From Eledone cirrhosa (lineage: Eukaryota): DNA of 64,000 bases. The notes under the pieces are model-generated. The model ran no database searches, was not told where the DNA came from, and was given only the letters and a program-made list of their open reading frames with translations. Numbering within the stretch: the first letter of the stretch is position 1; the number at the start of each line of letters is the position of its first letter. The DNA is taken from positions 341,124,001 to 341,188,000 of the forward strand of contig OZ024741.1 of NCBI GenBank assembly GCA_964016885.1, read 5' to 3'. Shown in pieces: positions 1 through 13,800 of the stretch. The position numbers were made by a program, and so were the translations under genes.

Positions 1-755
1 ATATACACACCCACACATATATATATTTTAAGAAATCCATACAATTGCGTGTGTATCGTAACTTTCATTGTAAAAAAAAAAAAAAAAAATTCACTTGTCA
101 GAAAATTTACTTTCACTTTCACGAACGCCATTCTTAACGTATGCCACATAACTATATATATATATCTCTAGACATAGCTATTGACCAGTTAATTTTATTG
201 TTCATTTTTTTGTCGATTCTATTGAATGATGAATAGCTCCTGTTTATTTTAACATGTCTATCGAGCACTCTGATTCGATGTGATTTCCACATTACCGATA
301 ATTTTTCGCTAATATGGAGGTTATCTCCCTTGCTGGGCACCATGTGCATGTCTGGCTAAGGGTAATTTCTTTATTCGTCGGACGCAACCCGTTGATAAAG
401 TTCTTCCGGTCCATTCGTTCCCTAGAAGTCTTATATATTTTTATGTGCGCTGATAGCGAACGGATTAAGGAATTGCAGAAACCCAAGAAGCTAGATTTAA
501 CACCTTTCTAGCGGGTCCGGGTAAGTTTTTTACATTCATTTAAATTATTGATTTATTGATATTTTATTTGAGTGACCCGAATCTTCCTGGTCGTTCTTTT
601 TCGGCTGCATGGGTGATTTTAGGCATAATCTTTATGTGTTGGTATTTTAACGATAGTTATAGCTCTGATTTATCTGAATTATTGAGCCCTCTGCCACTCA
701 TGTCGGATTTGTTTATCGTTAATTCGTGAGCTGATTTTCCGATACTCGATTATTC

Positions 756-789
<34 letters not shown>

Positions 790-793
<4 letters not shown>

Positions 794-1250
794 GGTGGGA
801 ATCGGCCTCCAGGTCAACTCGGCCAAGTCGGAGGTGGTGACGTCAGCCTCGATGCTGCAAGCTTTGCAGCCTCTGGCCATCCGCTCCAGGCTTCAACAGC
901 TCCAGACTCTCACGAGCTGACTGGGCTTGATTGACGGCCACCCACCTCTCTTTCTGCTGAGGAACTGCTTCGCCATGCCTAAGCTCCTCTATACACTCCG
1001 CAGCGCCCCATGCTACACCCAGGCATCTCTCCTCGCTGACCTCGATACTTGTATCCGAGCAGCAGCCGAGGGGATATGCAACGTCAAGTTTGACGACATA
1101 GGGTGGAAACAGACCACTTTACTGGTCAGGTATGGCGGCCTTGGCCTCCGGTCCCCGATCTCGCTAGCTTTGCCGGCGTATCTTTCGTCGGTAACCTCGT
1201 GCCGCATCCTCGTCAGCAGGGTTCAACCCTCTCCCGATACTGCCAATTCA
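790..1250 (+). mobile_element. CRE-clade non-LTR retrotransposon fragment (RT thumb region)
   Basis: ORF 927-1253 LFLLRNCFAMPKLLYTLRSAPC...QTTLLVRYGGLGLR...LALPAYLSS matches the post-RT motifs of CRE-like elements. Confidence 0.75.
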
Positions 1251-1298
1251 TAAGTTTTATATATAATATCGTCTTTTTTAATGTATCATGGATTACGT

Positions 1299-1660
1299 TA
1301 CTTCCTCTTCACACAAGTCACCGCTGAGACCTCAAGCGTACTTGGACCTCGTACAGCCAAGCTCCTCTGCAAGATCGGAATGTCGGCAGCCCATCTGAGT
1401 GGCTGTTGCAGCGGGTGTCACTGGCTATTATCCAGGGGCATGCTTTTGCAGTCTTGTCCACTGGACACAACCCTTCTGCCCCCATGCCTAGGCCCAAAGC
1501 CCAATCACCCTCCACTCCTCTCTCTTCTGCGACACCAGAATTCATGCCATCCCCTCCCCTTCCCATTCTTTTTTTCTTTCTTTTTCTATTTTTCTCTATA
1601 TTTACCTATTCTTTTTTCTTTTGTTTCCTTTTTTTTTTTATTATTGTTGTCATTATTATT
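1299..1660 (+). mobile_element. CRE-clade element 3' end (restriction-like endonuclease tail plus 3' UTR)
   Basis: FTQVTAETSSVLGPRTAKLLCKIG / QRVSLAIIQGHAFAVLST; near-identical to 6373-6730. Confidence 0.75.
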
Positions 1661-1795
1661 ACGTCCCTTTATGGTCTGAGTTCAAATCCCGTCAGGGTTA
1701 ACTTTGCCTTTCATCCTTACAGGGTCGATAAAATAAAGTACCAGTAATATACTGGAATAATTGCTGGCCTTGTGCCTAAAGTAGAAACAATTATT
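1660..1795 (+). mobile_element. tRNA-derived SINE family A (Meta/Sauria-type central domain)
   Basis: GAGTTCAAATCCC (B box)...AACTTTGCCTTTCATCCTTAC.GGGTCGATAAAATAAAGTACCAG...(ATT)n tail. Further copies at ~3415-3595(-), 3600-3740(-), 10083-10275(+), 15200-15275(-), 31565-31680(-), 39335-39515(+), 41951-42135(+), 45530-45685(-), 46758-46940(-), 48995-49210(-), 53235-53440(+), 55855-56060(-). Confidence 0.8.
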
Positions 1796-1929
1796 ATTAT
1801 TATTACTGTAAATGAAATTATCTATAAATAATGTACAAAAGTCAGAAAAGTGAACAGTGTACGAGTCATGATCCACACACACACACACACACACACACCA
1901 CACATGTGTGCGTGTGTATGGAGGAGGAA

Positions 1930-2340
1930 TATTAGGTGTAGTGTTGGCAAATTTTGAGAAGCATGATAGTTTTAAAGGATGCAGTGTCCAGACAGCTAAC
2001 AACTGATGCAGGTAGTTTGTTCCATACTTCAGCAAATCTGAGCGAGAAAAAATGTTTCTGAAAGTCATGGGAGCAGTACAGGTATTAGACATGGAATACA
2101 GAAAGTTGTTGTTGACAAGATGGTTAATAATCTTGTGGCTATCTACCAAGTCAGTTGCCAGATATCGGAGCTTCAATGTTCAGAGTATAGTAGATGCCCG
2201 ATGGAGGGTATTCATTTGGTTGCATGTTTCTTAACAGTTTCTAGGAAATCAATATTCTGAGCAAGATAGGGGTTCTAGACTGGTGATGCAAATTCTAAGT
2301 ATGGATGCATCATAGCTATATACAGCTTTAAATAGATAGC
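1930..2340 (-). mobile_element. CR1-type LINE 3' fragment
   Basis: LRYLATDLVDSHKIINHLV...RNIFS...WNKLPASVV-like C-terminal motifs. Confidence 0.65.
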
Positions 2341-2341
2341 T

Positions 2342-2893
2342 GTTTTTTTAATGTGTTTTCCACCGATTTAATAGAGAGTCAGGAAGATATGGACTACGAT
2401 GTGGTATAATGTTCTGCATGCGTATAAGTTTTATATATAATATCGTCTTTTTTAATGTATCATGGATTACGTTACTGATTACATAAGACAGTGTAACAGT
2501 CTTCGTTCAATTTCTGTGTATATTGTCAATTACGATTTTATTTGATATATCATATCTACATGCATGTATAGAGTGGTTTTTCTACTAGAAATAATAATAA
2601 TTTAACGCGGGCAACTACAAGACCTAACTACGGTACCCCTACCAACATCACTTCTTCCGAAAGTGAAAATATTTTGATTACTTGGAAATGTACATATAAC
2701 ACAATTTATGTATTGAATAGGGTCAACAATAGAAACAAATCAACAGAAATTAATAGCAAAATACTTTTGATCTGTGTTTGTTGTAGGCAAAACATAAATT
2801 TAGAAAGTTACACGCATGCAGAACATTATACCACATCGTAGTCCATATCTTCCTGACTCTCTATTAAATCGGTGGAAAACACATTAAAAAAAC
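2342..2893 (+). mobile_element. Decayed Penelope-like 3' fragment with ~82 bp inverted terminal copy
   Basis: 2342-2423 is the reverse complement of 2812-2893; the spacer has remnant ITWK / NLCIE / CCR codons resembling a GIY-YIG C-terminus. Confidence 0.5.
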
Positions 2894-4539
2894 TGTTGCT
2901 GACATACATAAAACGAAAGAGAGCTTCTGTTGTTTGTTTTTTTTATATATATATAAGTTTGCCCTAATTTCATTTTCCAAGAAAACATTTTCTGTACATT
3001 TATAGAATAGCCATCTCGATTTCAGCGGAAAATAATTATTTTCCCTCGGGCTTTTTCGTGTGCGATCAACTAATCTGATCTCTGCAAAGGACTTTTTCCC
3101 CCAAAGTTAGAGATGAATTTAGTCTTAAGTTTAGTGTGCTTGGAGGTTAGATTCGTCGATTACAACACGCGAAAAAAAAAACTATGAAAATAAATCTCCC
3201 CCCCCCCCCTCCTTTTTCGATAAATTTATAGAATACCCCTCTACCAATTCTGCCAAAACCACCACCCTTGATTGAACTAAATATATTTACAAACTGTTAA
3301 ATTAGACAGTGTGATATAATGGTCAGATAACACCTGCACGGGAACCCTAGCTGAAATGTTTATTAAATGATATATAATGAAATTAGGCATTCTTACATAG
3401 TATTTATGGTAGCAAATAATTGTTTCTACTTTAGGCACAAGGCCAGCAAATACCCAGTGCATTACTGGTACTTTATTTTATCGACCCCGTAAGGATGAAA
3501 GGCAAAGTCAACCTCGGCGGGATTTGAACTCAGATCGTAAAGGGACGTAACTATGCTGGAAAGCATGACGTCCGACCCTCTACCGATACTGCCAAGCAAA
3601 TAATTGTTTCTATTTGGGTCACAAGATCAGCAATTTGAAGGGAAGGGGAAAGTCGATTAAATCTACCATAGAGCGTTACTGCTACTTTATTTTACCGACC
3701 CTATAAGGATGAACGACAAAGCTAACATCGGCGGAATAATAATAATTTGAAGCCCTTTATATATTGTGAGGGAGCCACTGACTACCTACGGCCCAGTCAG
3801 TCTCTCCGCTCCCAAACATACACGTTAAACCGCCAGTGTGGATATACCACTATTCTTTACATTTACATAAAATTCAAGAGATAAAATAGATGATCGAAGA
3901 GTTTGTTGTTGAAAGGAAAAAAAAATATATATATAAAATGAAACAATGGAAGTAGGCAACAAAATCAACATAAATTGCAACCATGTTAATGATATTTAAA
4001 AGCTAGTAAAATACTACTTACAATAGAAGTTTATTTCTGCAAACTTCGTCTGGTTGTCGCTAAAGTGAAACTGTTTTTTTAACTATTGCATAATATCATG
4101 GGAATTACCCATCACAATTGGTGATATATACAAACTGAAAGCGGAAATAGAGAAAGAGAAAAAAAAGTGGACAGACAACCAGAAATAGAAAGAGTCGGGG
4201 GGATAGATAGACCGAGATAGAAAGAAACAGCGTATCAAACTTTTCATCAGAAAATGAAACTATACTATGATGATTACACTGCACATTTTACATGCTAGAA
4301 ATAGCAGCCATGTAAAACTCTAGCATCTTAACACTTGACATTCTGTAGTGATTTAGCAAAAAATGTCCAAATTTCTAAAATATGTTATTAAAAGCTGCGA
4401 CGTAATCCTTTAGAAATATTTTACTATGTCCTTGTGTTTTAAATACATTAAACCACTTAAGTACAATTCCATTTGCAGGAAACAGCTTTTAAACGTATTC
4501 TCTCTTATATATACATATATACAACAGGTCCGAATACAA

Positions 4540-5010
4540 AAGAACTAAACTCCCACTCTCATTGCCCCGTCTCTCCTGCTCTCCCCATCTCTCACTATTC
4601 TGAGTAAATGGGGACCCACGCTCTGACCGCCCTACGGCCCTGGTGGACAAAATAGAAAATGCGTTTCCCCAGAGGAGGGTGAGGGAGACGCACTGGAAGA
4701 GCCATTCCAGCTCGCGAAACTCACACCTATGGGCAGCCAATTCTGTGCCGATAGTGGTGAGCAGGGAGGTGGCCCTAGGGCCAAGGACACCAGAGGTCTC
4801 CACTGCCACAGGCTCAACCGATATTTGGAGAGTTTACCCTCCTCAGCCCGAATTGCAGCAAAGCTTGGGTTAGTCGCTGACTGCACCAGGTTGCCACTGG
4901 AGAATATGTCACTGCATGTGGCATTCCAAATGAGGGGTTTACTACCACGGAACGGGAAGAGGGCCATGTCGTCCGCTCAGTCAGGTCTTGCCGGCTCAAG
5001 CTGGGAGGGG
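4540..5010 (-). mobile_element. CRE-clade element 3' fragment (RLE endonuclease)
   Basis: MALFPFRGSKPLIWNATCSD...AEEGKLSKY / AVETSGVLGP...WLFQCVSL..GNAFSILST. Confidence 0.8.
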
Positions 5011-5609
5011 AAGAAAACTTGCTAATATATTTTAAAAAATGAAAAATGTTAATTCAAAAGCCCTTATTTGATATTCTTAATTTTCTTTCGCTTCTCCAAT
5101 ACCGTATCCAGATTTTACATGCTCTCTCTTTAAGTATGCTAGAGTTATTTTCCTTTACTAACGTATTTATTTCCCTTGGACTTTAATTGTGAAAAGCTGA
5201 AAGCTTGTATTCTATTTAACTCTTTTTTTATATTTCTAACATTCAACGACACACAACAAGCGTTTTAAAAGCCATCTCCTTAGCCAAAACAGGACTTCGC
5301 TTTACGGATACCATAACAGGCTTCATATTTACAATAGGGTCATTTTAAAGGCAATGTTTTACATATTGGCGCTAACTTTTTTAGGTGTCTCTTACGACAT
5401 GTATACCTGTTCTCAGCTGGATACACATTTTATTTATATTCCTAACATTCATAAAACAATATATTTTCTCTAAAATAAAACAAAAATATTTTATAAATCT
5501 TTGTCAAACTTGTTTTTAAGAAATTTAAAGACGGTATATATAATAATTGTTTCTACGTTTGACACAAGCCCAGCAATTACCCAGTACATTACTGATAATA
5601 ATATTAATG

Positions 5610-6170
5610 ATTTCTTTACACAGAGCTCACATTAAGGAAACATTAAAGACAATAGAGGACGATGCAGTATGGGTTTTTCTTTGTGTAAAATAAAATTTAA
5701 AAGAGACTAAGAAAATAAATATTTAAAACAAACATAACAACTTCCCCAGAGGTGAGGGGGACTCTAAGGGTCACTTGCGTAGAAATCCCACAAAAGCAAT
5801 GGCCACCTTGTCCACTAGGGCAAAGAGTACTCTCCCAGTTTTTCTACTCCAATCTACAGGTGTATGCTCAAAGCAGGCCCATTCACACAGACCATGTTCG
5901 CCACTCTCACCCACCTTTCAACAAACTGGCTGGAAGGCAGCACTTCCCTCTCCACCCTGATTTTCCTCTTCAAGTAAAATCTGAAAACGTTAATCATGTT
6001 CGCCGAAGAGGAAAATGGCTGTCTTCAACCCTTCCAATTGCGTCCACCACATGACCTCTTTTGCCATGACAACCAGGCAGATAAAAACTGCCTGTCTTTC
6101 CCCTCTAAAGGAGGAAGGCGGGATGATCTTCACAATAATGAAAATCATTGTGTACAGTGCTCAGGTGCAC
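5610..6170 (-). mobile_element. Tx1/L1-type LINE 3' end
   Basis: Homologous in inverted orientation to 58850-59370, which follows a zf-RVT CCHC motif. Confidence 0.6.
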
Positions 6171-6199
6171 TACAACTCATCAAAAGTGCATTTATAATC

Positions 6200-6730
6200 T
6201 AGGCCGCGGAGATGGTAAGTGCCCATTCGAAGGAGGTAGATCCTTTATCTGGGACGCCAGCTGCTGCGACACATTCTCTGCCTCCAACTTAGTCACTTCG
6301 GCCACAAACCCCGGCATCGCGGCCCACCTCACAGAAGAACATAAAACAAACAAATATCAGGGATTGTCTGGCTACTTCCTCTTCACACAAGTCACCGCTG
6401 AGACCTCAAGCGTACTTGGACCTCGTACAGCCAAGCTCCTCTGCAAGATCGGAATGTCGGCAGCCCATCTGAGTGGCTGTTGCAGCGGGTGTCACTGGCT
6501 ATTATCCAGGGGCATGCTTTTGCAGTCTTGTCCACTGGACACAACCCTTCTGCCCCCATGCCTAGGCCCAAAGCCCAATCACCCTCCCCTCCTCTCTCTT
6601 CTGCGACACCAGAATTCATGCCATCCCCTCCCCTTCCCATTCTTTTTTTCTTTCTTTTTCTATTTTTCTCTATATTTACCTATTCTTTTTTCTTTTGTTT
6701 CCTTTTTTTTATTATTGTTGTCATTATTAT
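6200..6730 (+). mobile_element. CRE-clade element 3' end
   Basis: PFEGGRSFIWDASCCDTFS...EEHKTNKYQGL..YFLFTQVTAETSSVLGP. Confidence 0.8.
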
Positions 6731-7129
6731 TACGTCCCTTTATGGTCTCAGTTCAAATCCCGTCAGGGTTAACGTTGCCTTTCATCCTTACAGGACTTTT
6801 TCCCCCAAAGTTAGAGATGAATTTAGTCTTAAGTTTAGTGTGCTTGGAGGTTAGATTCGTCGATTACAACACGCAAAAAAAAAAACTATGAAAATAAATC
6901 TTCCCCCCTCCTTTTTCGATAAATTTATAGAATACCCTTCTACCAATTCTGCCAAAACCACCACCCTTGATTGAACTAAATATATTTACAAACTGTTAAA
7001 TTAGACAGTGTGATATAATGGTCAGATAACACCTGCACGGGAACCCTAGCTGAAATGTTTATTAAATGATATATAATGAAATTAGGCATTCTTACATAGT
7101 AAGATAAAATAAATAGCTAGCTGGACAAA

Positions 7130-8940
7130 GGTCTTACTGAGTGATGCTAAGAGACCCTCAGCTTTCTTGACAATTTTAGAGATGTGCTTTGTTCAATGCA
7201 AATCGCTGTTGATAATAATGCCCAGGTCATGTTCACAAGAATACTTGAGATTGGTGTTGTGGAGGGAGTATTTTAAAGCTAGGCTTTACCTCCCAAAATG
7301 CATGGCGATACACTTGTCCACAACCAGCTTGAGTTGCTAGTTTATAATCCTTTGCTGCATTGTGTCCAGGTCTGATTGCAGGAAAGAACTAGAGCATACA
7401 GGATCTGTCCTTTTTATCTCAAGGTACAGCTTAATGTAATTTACATTTTTCAGCACTGTGACATTCTTCAAGTTTGAGAATGAAGGACTTTAACCAGTTA
7501 AAAAGATCATCTCTCACACCCATTATAGAGAATTTTGCCATATGTCTTTTGTGTGGCACAGAATTAAAAGCTTTAGCAAAGTCAAGATAAATAACATCCA
7601 CCCATGAGCCGCCATCAGTGATTCAGGTAATGTCTTTAAGAAACCCGATGAGTTGATCACAGCAGCTGTAGTTGGAGATAAATCCAAATTTGCGAGGGCC
7701 GGATAAGGCTGTGAGAATTTCAGAAGTTCCAGAGTGTTTCTCTGACACAGGATTCCATCAGTTTGGCATTGAAGCTAGTAAGATTGACTAGACAATAGTT
7801 GACAGGCGACATGTGATCACCCTTTTTTAACAGAGGAAGGACACTGGCAGTTTTACACTGCTCTGGGGTAACACTGTTATTAAGAGAGAATTGAAAGAAG
7901 AGTGAAAGCTGGTGCAGAAGAAAGAACTCACCATGTTTGTAGGTATGTAACACCATCAAGACCATCAGAGGCATAGTTGCACTTATTCTTGAGGTGGTGT
8001 TGCAGCATTGCAGGAGTAAATTCCACAGTTGCTATAAAATTTGATGTCAGAGGTGGTGGAGAAGTATATTTTAATTTTCAACAGTAAAAATACCTGCATA
8101 GCATTCAGCAATGAGTTCTGTGCATTTTTTGTGATTGTTAGTAATCTGGCTTGTGTGGGGATTGCAAAGAGGACCAACTAGAGAGTAAGGCCTCTGCTTT
8201 GACTGTACATATTTCCATATTGACATATGTACATATTTGACTCTGCTGTCAGGGTTGGTTGCTATACGCTGTTGAAATGCAAGCACTGCCTTTTTTTGCC
8301 ATCAGCTTGAGATGGTTAGATGGTCTATTGCGCTTTTTTCTATTAATCTCAGATCTATGTAGTCTGTATTCCCATTCAGCATTACAACGTTTCTGGCAAG
8401 TCGGACTACTGCAGTCTCCCAAATTGCACTTTTGGGATGTTTTATAGTTACACATACGGTCCATAGTGAATTCAGGATGTTCTGAATTAGAGTATTCACA
8501 TCTTCTGAGTCGTAAAGTTCAAGCTAGTTTGGGCATTGCAACTCAGTCCAATAAGACTTCCAGTCCACTTTATTCCAGTCAAAGTGAGCAGTTTGGAGAT
8601 GGTTGTGGGTTTTGTTAGTGCCCATAAGAAAAAGATTGGCAATGATCATAGCATGACCGGAGACACCTAAAGATTCCTCAGTAGTGACACTGCTAACCAT
8701 TTCAGGAGTAGTGGTAAAGAGCAGATCTAAAGTGTTGTTCCCTCTTGTTGGGGAGGTGACAACTTGGGACCAATTTAAATCCAGCACTAAATCAAGGAAA
8801 TCATTTATACTTTGCAGCCAATGAAAGGTTTCCCAATCAATCTCGGGGTAATTAAAGTCACCTGCAATAAAAACATAATTGGCTTTTTTCCTAGAAGTTG
8901 CTCTGAGGATATCAAAAAGCTCTGTGTCTTGATGGTATTT
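7130..8940 (-). mobile_element. Decayed CR1-clade LINE (APE and RT remnants)
   Basis: PTRGNNTLDLLFT...LGVSGH (APE end); ASVLPLLKKGD..NY; VDVIYLDFAKAF around 7570-7600. Confidence 0.8.
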
Positions 8941-9229
8941 TGAGGAGGGGGGGGGGGGGGGGGTAAACTACTCCAAATAGAAGTGTTGACATGGTTATAC
9001 GTACATCGCAGAAAAATATATATATGCACAGAGAAAAATATATTGGATATAAATATGTAAAGAGATATATAAATTAGGTAAACGTTGGACATTTTTCAAT
9101 TTGGAAGAAAGCCTAACCCCAAATAATTAAAATTAGGGATAGTTTCCTCTTTTTTTATTGGCAGGATTTTATATAGATATAGCATGCTGTATGTGTGTTG
9201 GACCTCCACTGGTAACGACAATGAATGTT

Positions 9230-9870
9230 CCAGTTGATTCATTCAATGGAGAGCTTGCTCATGAAATTAATATAGAAGAGGTTGAACATTCCACAGACAC
9301 ATGCACTTTTAATGTAGTTCTCAGAGAGATTCAGCATAGCACAGTGTGTGACAAGTCCGACTCTTTGAATTATAATTCCATATGTATAACATCCAGCCCA
9401 CATTGTAAAGTGGTTGTGTAGGTGTCATAAAAAAAAGCACCCAGCACACACTGTAAATGTGGTTTGTGCTAGGAAGGTCATTCAACCATAGAAAACCAGC
9501 CAGAAACTGTCCTATATGAGTGAGACACGGTCACCTGACCCAACTTGCCTCTAAATGGGACAAACCCATCTAACCCATGCTAGCGTGGAAGATGGACATT
9601 AAACGATGATGATGATGATGATGATGATAGATATAGTACATATTGTTTTATAGTGGAAGCAGCTGAGTATATCACAGACACGTGTACTTTTAACATAGTT
9701 CTTAGGGAAATTCAGCATGGGAGAGTGTGTGATATGGCTGGCCCTTTCAATTACAGTTACAATTCATTTGAGTTTTTCCAGCAGAGTAGACTGGAGCAAT
9801 GTAAAATATTGTCTTGCTCAATGACAAAACACACTGCCAGAAAGCAAATTCATAGCCTTACAGTCATGAG
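9230..9870. mobile_element. Nested CORE-type SINE fragments
   Basis: Two CACAGACAC...GATTCAGC copies (9270-9380, 9655-9830), with an RTE-tailed SINE 3' end (9400-9628) ending in (GAT)n between them. Confidence 0.6.
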
Positions 9871-11149
9871 CTTAACATTCTATCTCTGGCGGTCAAGAAG
9901 AAGGAAGTGGAGGTAAAGGAGGAGGAGGAGGAGGATAAGAAGAAGAAAGAGAAGAAGAAGAAGTGTGTGTATTGTGTATCAACAGAGGTCACCAAAATAG
10001 CAGCAAGTAATGGTCTCCAGTTTATGTAACAACAATGAATTTGTTTGTAATTGGAAAAGTATGTTTCATTATATCAATACAGGGCGGTGGATTGGCAGTA
10101 TTGGTAGAGGGTCGGATGCCATGCTTTGACGCATAGAGTTACGGCCCTTGCCATCTGAGTTTAAATCCCGCCGAGGTTAACTTTGCCTTTCATCCTTACG
10201 GGATCGATAAAATAAAGTACCAGTAATGCACTGGAATAATTGCTGGCTTTGTGCCAAAAGTAGAAACAATTATAACAATACATCTAAGTTGAATCTGCAG
10301 GTTGCTGTAAGTCTCATATTCTGTTGTTCTGCTGTGAATATAACTTTGGAAAGAATATTTCCATATCACATTTAAAGGCAATGGCTGTGGTAAATAACAT
10401 CACAAGACTTTAGCATGTTTTTACATAATTTATTAACAAAGGTTAAGAGCTGGGTTAAGCTGGCATGCCAAAACAAATGAAATAAACCAATTAAGATTGC
10501 AAGAGAAGACACGGTCTACTGGCTGAAGTGTTAGCCAGGCCGTGGTAATGTTTTGTCGTTACATATTGTTTGTGCTTGCGGGACAAAAGAAGAATTGGTG
10601 TTTACCTTAGCAAGATCAAGCTGCAAGAGAGCAAATTTATTAAAAGAAGCGGGAAATTCTCTGTCTGGGCGGGAGTTGAAAATGATTGACTTAACTTAGC
10701 CAAATCACATACGGAAAGGGTATCAATACGCCAAAGGAAAGTAGCTCACTACACTGCCTATTCCTTTTCTACATATCAAGCAAGGTTACTTCCCTGATGA
10801 GATCAGGATCTTGTTTTCTTTCCTATTTACTAAAACTTTGGTTTTTGCCAAGTTTACTCTCAGCCTGTTGGATTCACAATTGTGAGCTTGTGAGTTCGAT
10901 TCCTGAACTGGCCAAGGAGTTGCGTCCTTGAGTAATACACTTTATTTTACATTGATTTAGTTCACTCAGCTGTAGAAATGAGTTGCAACATCACTGGTGC
11001 CAAGCTGTATTGGCTTTTGTCGTTCTTTTGGATGTCATAGGTTGTATGGGTCGTGACAGGCCTAGCAAACGGGTGATAGAAAAAAAAACTGCTAATAAAA
11101 AAATAATAAAATAAACAAGCAGAAGGCCTCGTTCTGGAGGAATGTCTGA

Positions 11150-12060
11150 AATGATGGGCCATAGAATGAAGAGGATCAAGACTCTCAGCCCTTTTGGTTC
11201 TAAGTTATGATTCCACAGCTGGAATTTTCTTCTCCAGTTCTTCCAAAGATTCAGCTTATAGACAGCCAATCATAAACTCCTCTGATATAGCCTGGAGAAT
11301 TATAATTAACAGAAGTGAGCTGATGGCTGAACCCTGATGCACCCCTACCTGCTTACTTTCTACTCTCCCTTTACTGGCAGCTCTTCTGTACACAGCTTGC
11401 ACTGTTCTCACAAGCCATTCTTCTACACCCAGTTTCCTTAGACCACCAGATAACAGATTGAGGTACTCTGTCAAATGCCTTCTCAACAAAAGCTAGATAT
11501 AGAGGCTTTCCCTTCACTAGGAACTTCTCTGATAGTTGTTTTACTAAGAAGAAGGCATCTGTAGTATTTCTCCCTGGCAAAACCTGAACTGCATATCATG
11601 TAATTTGACTATTTCCCTAATTTTTTCTGTCATTTTCATAGCATGGTTTATTAGTTTTATGTCTCCATAGTTGCTCCTTTCCAAAGCACCACCTTTTTCC
11701 TTGTAGCAATTAATGAGCCTACTGCTTTCACCAGTCATTGAGTATAACCCCGTCCTTTATTACTTGATTGACTTTGTGGGTAACTAGTTCAGTTCCTACT
11801 TCCCCAGACACTTCCAGCATATCAGCAACTATCTCTGATGGTCAAGCAGCTTTTCCATTTTTTGCATCTCCTCAATTGCTTCTTTGACCCTATAACTGTT
11901 AAATACGATAGTTTGGTCCCTCTGTTGGGTCAATTGAGGGTAGTCTCTCTTCCTCCCACTTATTTTCCACATTCATCATTCTCACATAGTAACATTTCCA
12001 GGCCTCTCCTTTTGATAATTAGTAATGCTAAGTACTATGGTGTAATTTTGAGCTCACTTT
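11150..12060 (-). mobile_element. Decayed RTE LINE RT fragment
   Basis: CYKEKGGALERSNY; [38 protein letters not shown]; VGVHQGSA. Confidence 0.85.
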
Positions 12061-13019
12061 CCCCTAACATTTTGATTCACAGTTTGTGATGCAGAGAACT
12101 TCATGTCTGATCCTCACATCCTCTTCATAGTCAGCATCAGTAATGGTCTCAGCTGAATAGCATCTGCTTTTACTCACTGGGTTCAGGGAAAAAACTGACA
12201 TTTGAAGTACATAATCCAGTCAGATTATGAATAGGTAGGGAGTTAATATATAACCCTGTAACATACCAGTGGCAATGTCGAAAGACTGTGTCACCATCCA
12301 GAGATTGTACTGTGATTTGGGTATCTTTGTACAGCATCATTATTTTGCTCAGTTTCTTTTGGTATACTGTATACCTGGAGCATTTTCTCCATCTTGCCTC
12401 TGTGTGTGGAATCAAAACCCTTCAAGAAATCGAGAAACAGGAGTACTGCTTTGAGATTTCTTGCTTGTACTTTCTATAGGATTTGCCAAACTGTCAAAAT
12501 CTGTGAGCATATAGATCTATTCTTGCAGAAACCATTTTGATTCTTCCTCAGCACCCTTTCAACCTTAGGGCACATGCAATTAAGTAGTATTTTATATCTA
12601 GGTCATACCTTCATACCATGTGGACAAAGTTCCATGTTGATAGATCTCTGGCATAAAGGTCCCTTTGTGGGATTGGCTGTTATTGAATTTGATTGTGTTT
12701 GTAGATAACTTAAGATTGAGGTAAATGTGTTTATGTTAAGTTTAGACAATTAGCAGTCTTAGTTACATACACACACACATAAACACATACAGTGAGAGGG
12801 GATTTTAAGATACTTTAATGTTAAGAATACACTGGTTTTCAATAAAATCAATATAATTTCTAGATAAAAAAGTATTGTTACTTAGCAACAGCCTCCCCAC
12901 CTGACAATTCCAGTCTTTGACTCAATTGTGATTCCTGGGTAGTATTGAACCTTTTCGATAACAACCTGCCTGAAATTACCACCAGTTTTATGGCACAAAA
13001 CTGTTGTAAAGTGTTTCTA

Positions 13020-13800
13020 TTCCACAAATTCTTTTGTTTCTCTTTTGCTTTGGATAGTTCACAGATGTTAGGTGGGATTGCTGCTATAGCAGTTCTTAGT
13101 TTGTTTAGAAGATAATTATTTGTAGATTTAGCATGCAATAGGAAGGCCTTGGCTAAAGTCCATGTTTTGGAAACTGTTCACATTGGTAAAAGGTAGATAA
13201 ACATTGATGTAATTTTCAATGCATGATTCCTCAAAAGTGGATATACCTCAATATAAACAGCATTTATAAGTCAAAAATAGATAAACTATTAAATTTGGAT
13301 CTGAAAGTATTATCTGATTGTTAATAAATTAACTTAAGTTGCTAGGAATCAGGAGCTTCATCTGGCAATACATCAAAAAGAGATTTGTTTATTCTTGGTT
13401 ACAGATCATGATTTTGGTAAATCGCAAAATCTCTTTTGAAATTGATCCAAAACACTGCAAACCTCTATAACATTGATTCCAGTTTCTGCTCTTGTAGTAT
13501 TAGAAAATTTACAATAAAATGTTTTATTTTATTTTTTTTATAAATTAAGTTACGGACAATTGCAGCATTGATTCAAAGCTCCTGATATTTAGCAAGTAGA
13601 GAGGTAATAAGATGATGTGGTTCTTGCAGTTTCAACTTTGGATCATTTATGGAGCTAGTGATATAAATAAAAATACCAAATCACATTACTATTTTCAGTC
13701 TTCTAATTCCATAATTCCATAATAAGAATCTTTCCACATATTTATTTAAACCTCAAAGAGTGTGTAGTCATTTAAATTCTCCTTTCCCACAAAATTCTTC
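13020..13800 (-). mobile_element. hAT (Charlie/SPIN-like) transposase remnant
   Basis: Frameshifted C-terminal dimerisation motifs: KLQE..LI, FQKRF, YPLLRNHALKITSMF, CEQF, LRTAIAAIPPNI. Confidence 0.6.

Noticed and set aside
130-750. Short ORFs at the window start
   Set aside because: No recognisable domain or splice structure; probably old repeat debris.
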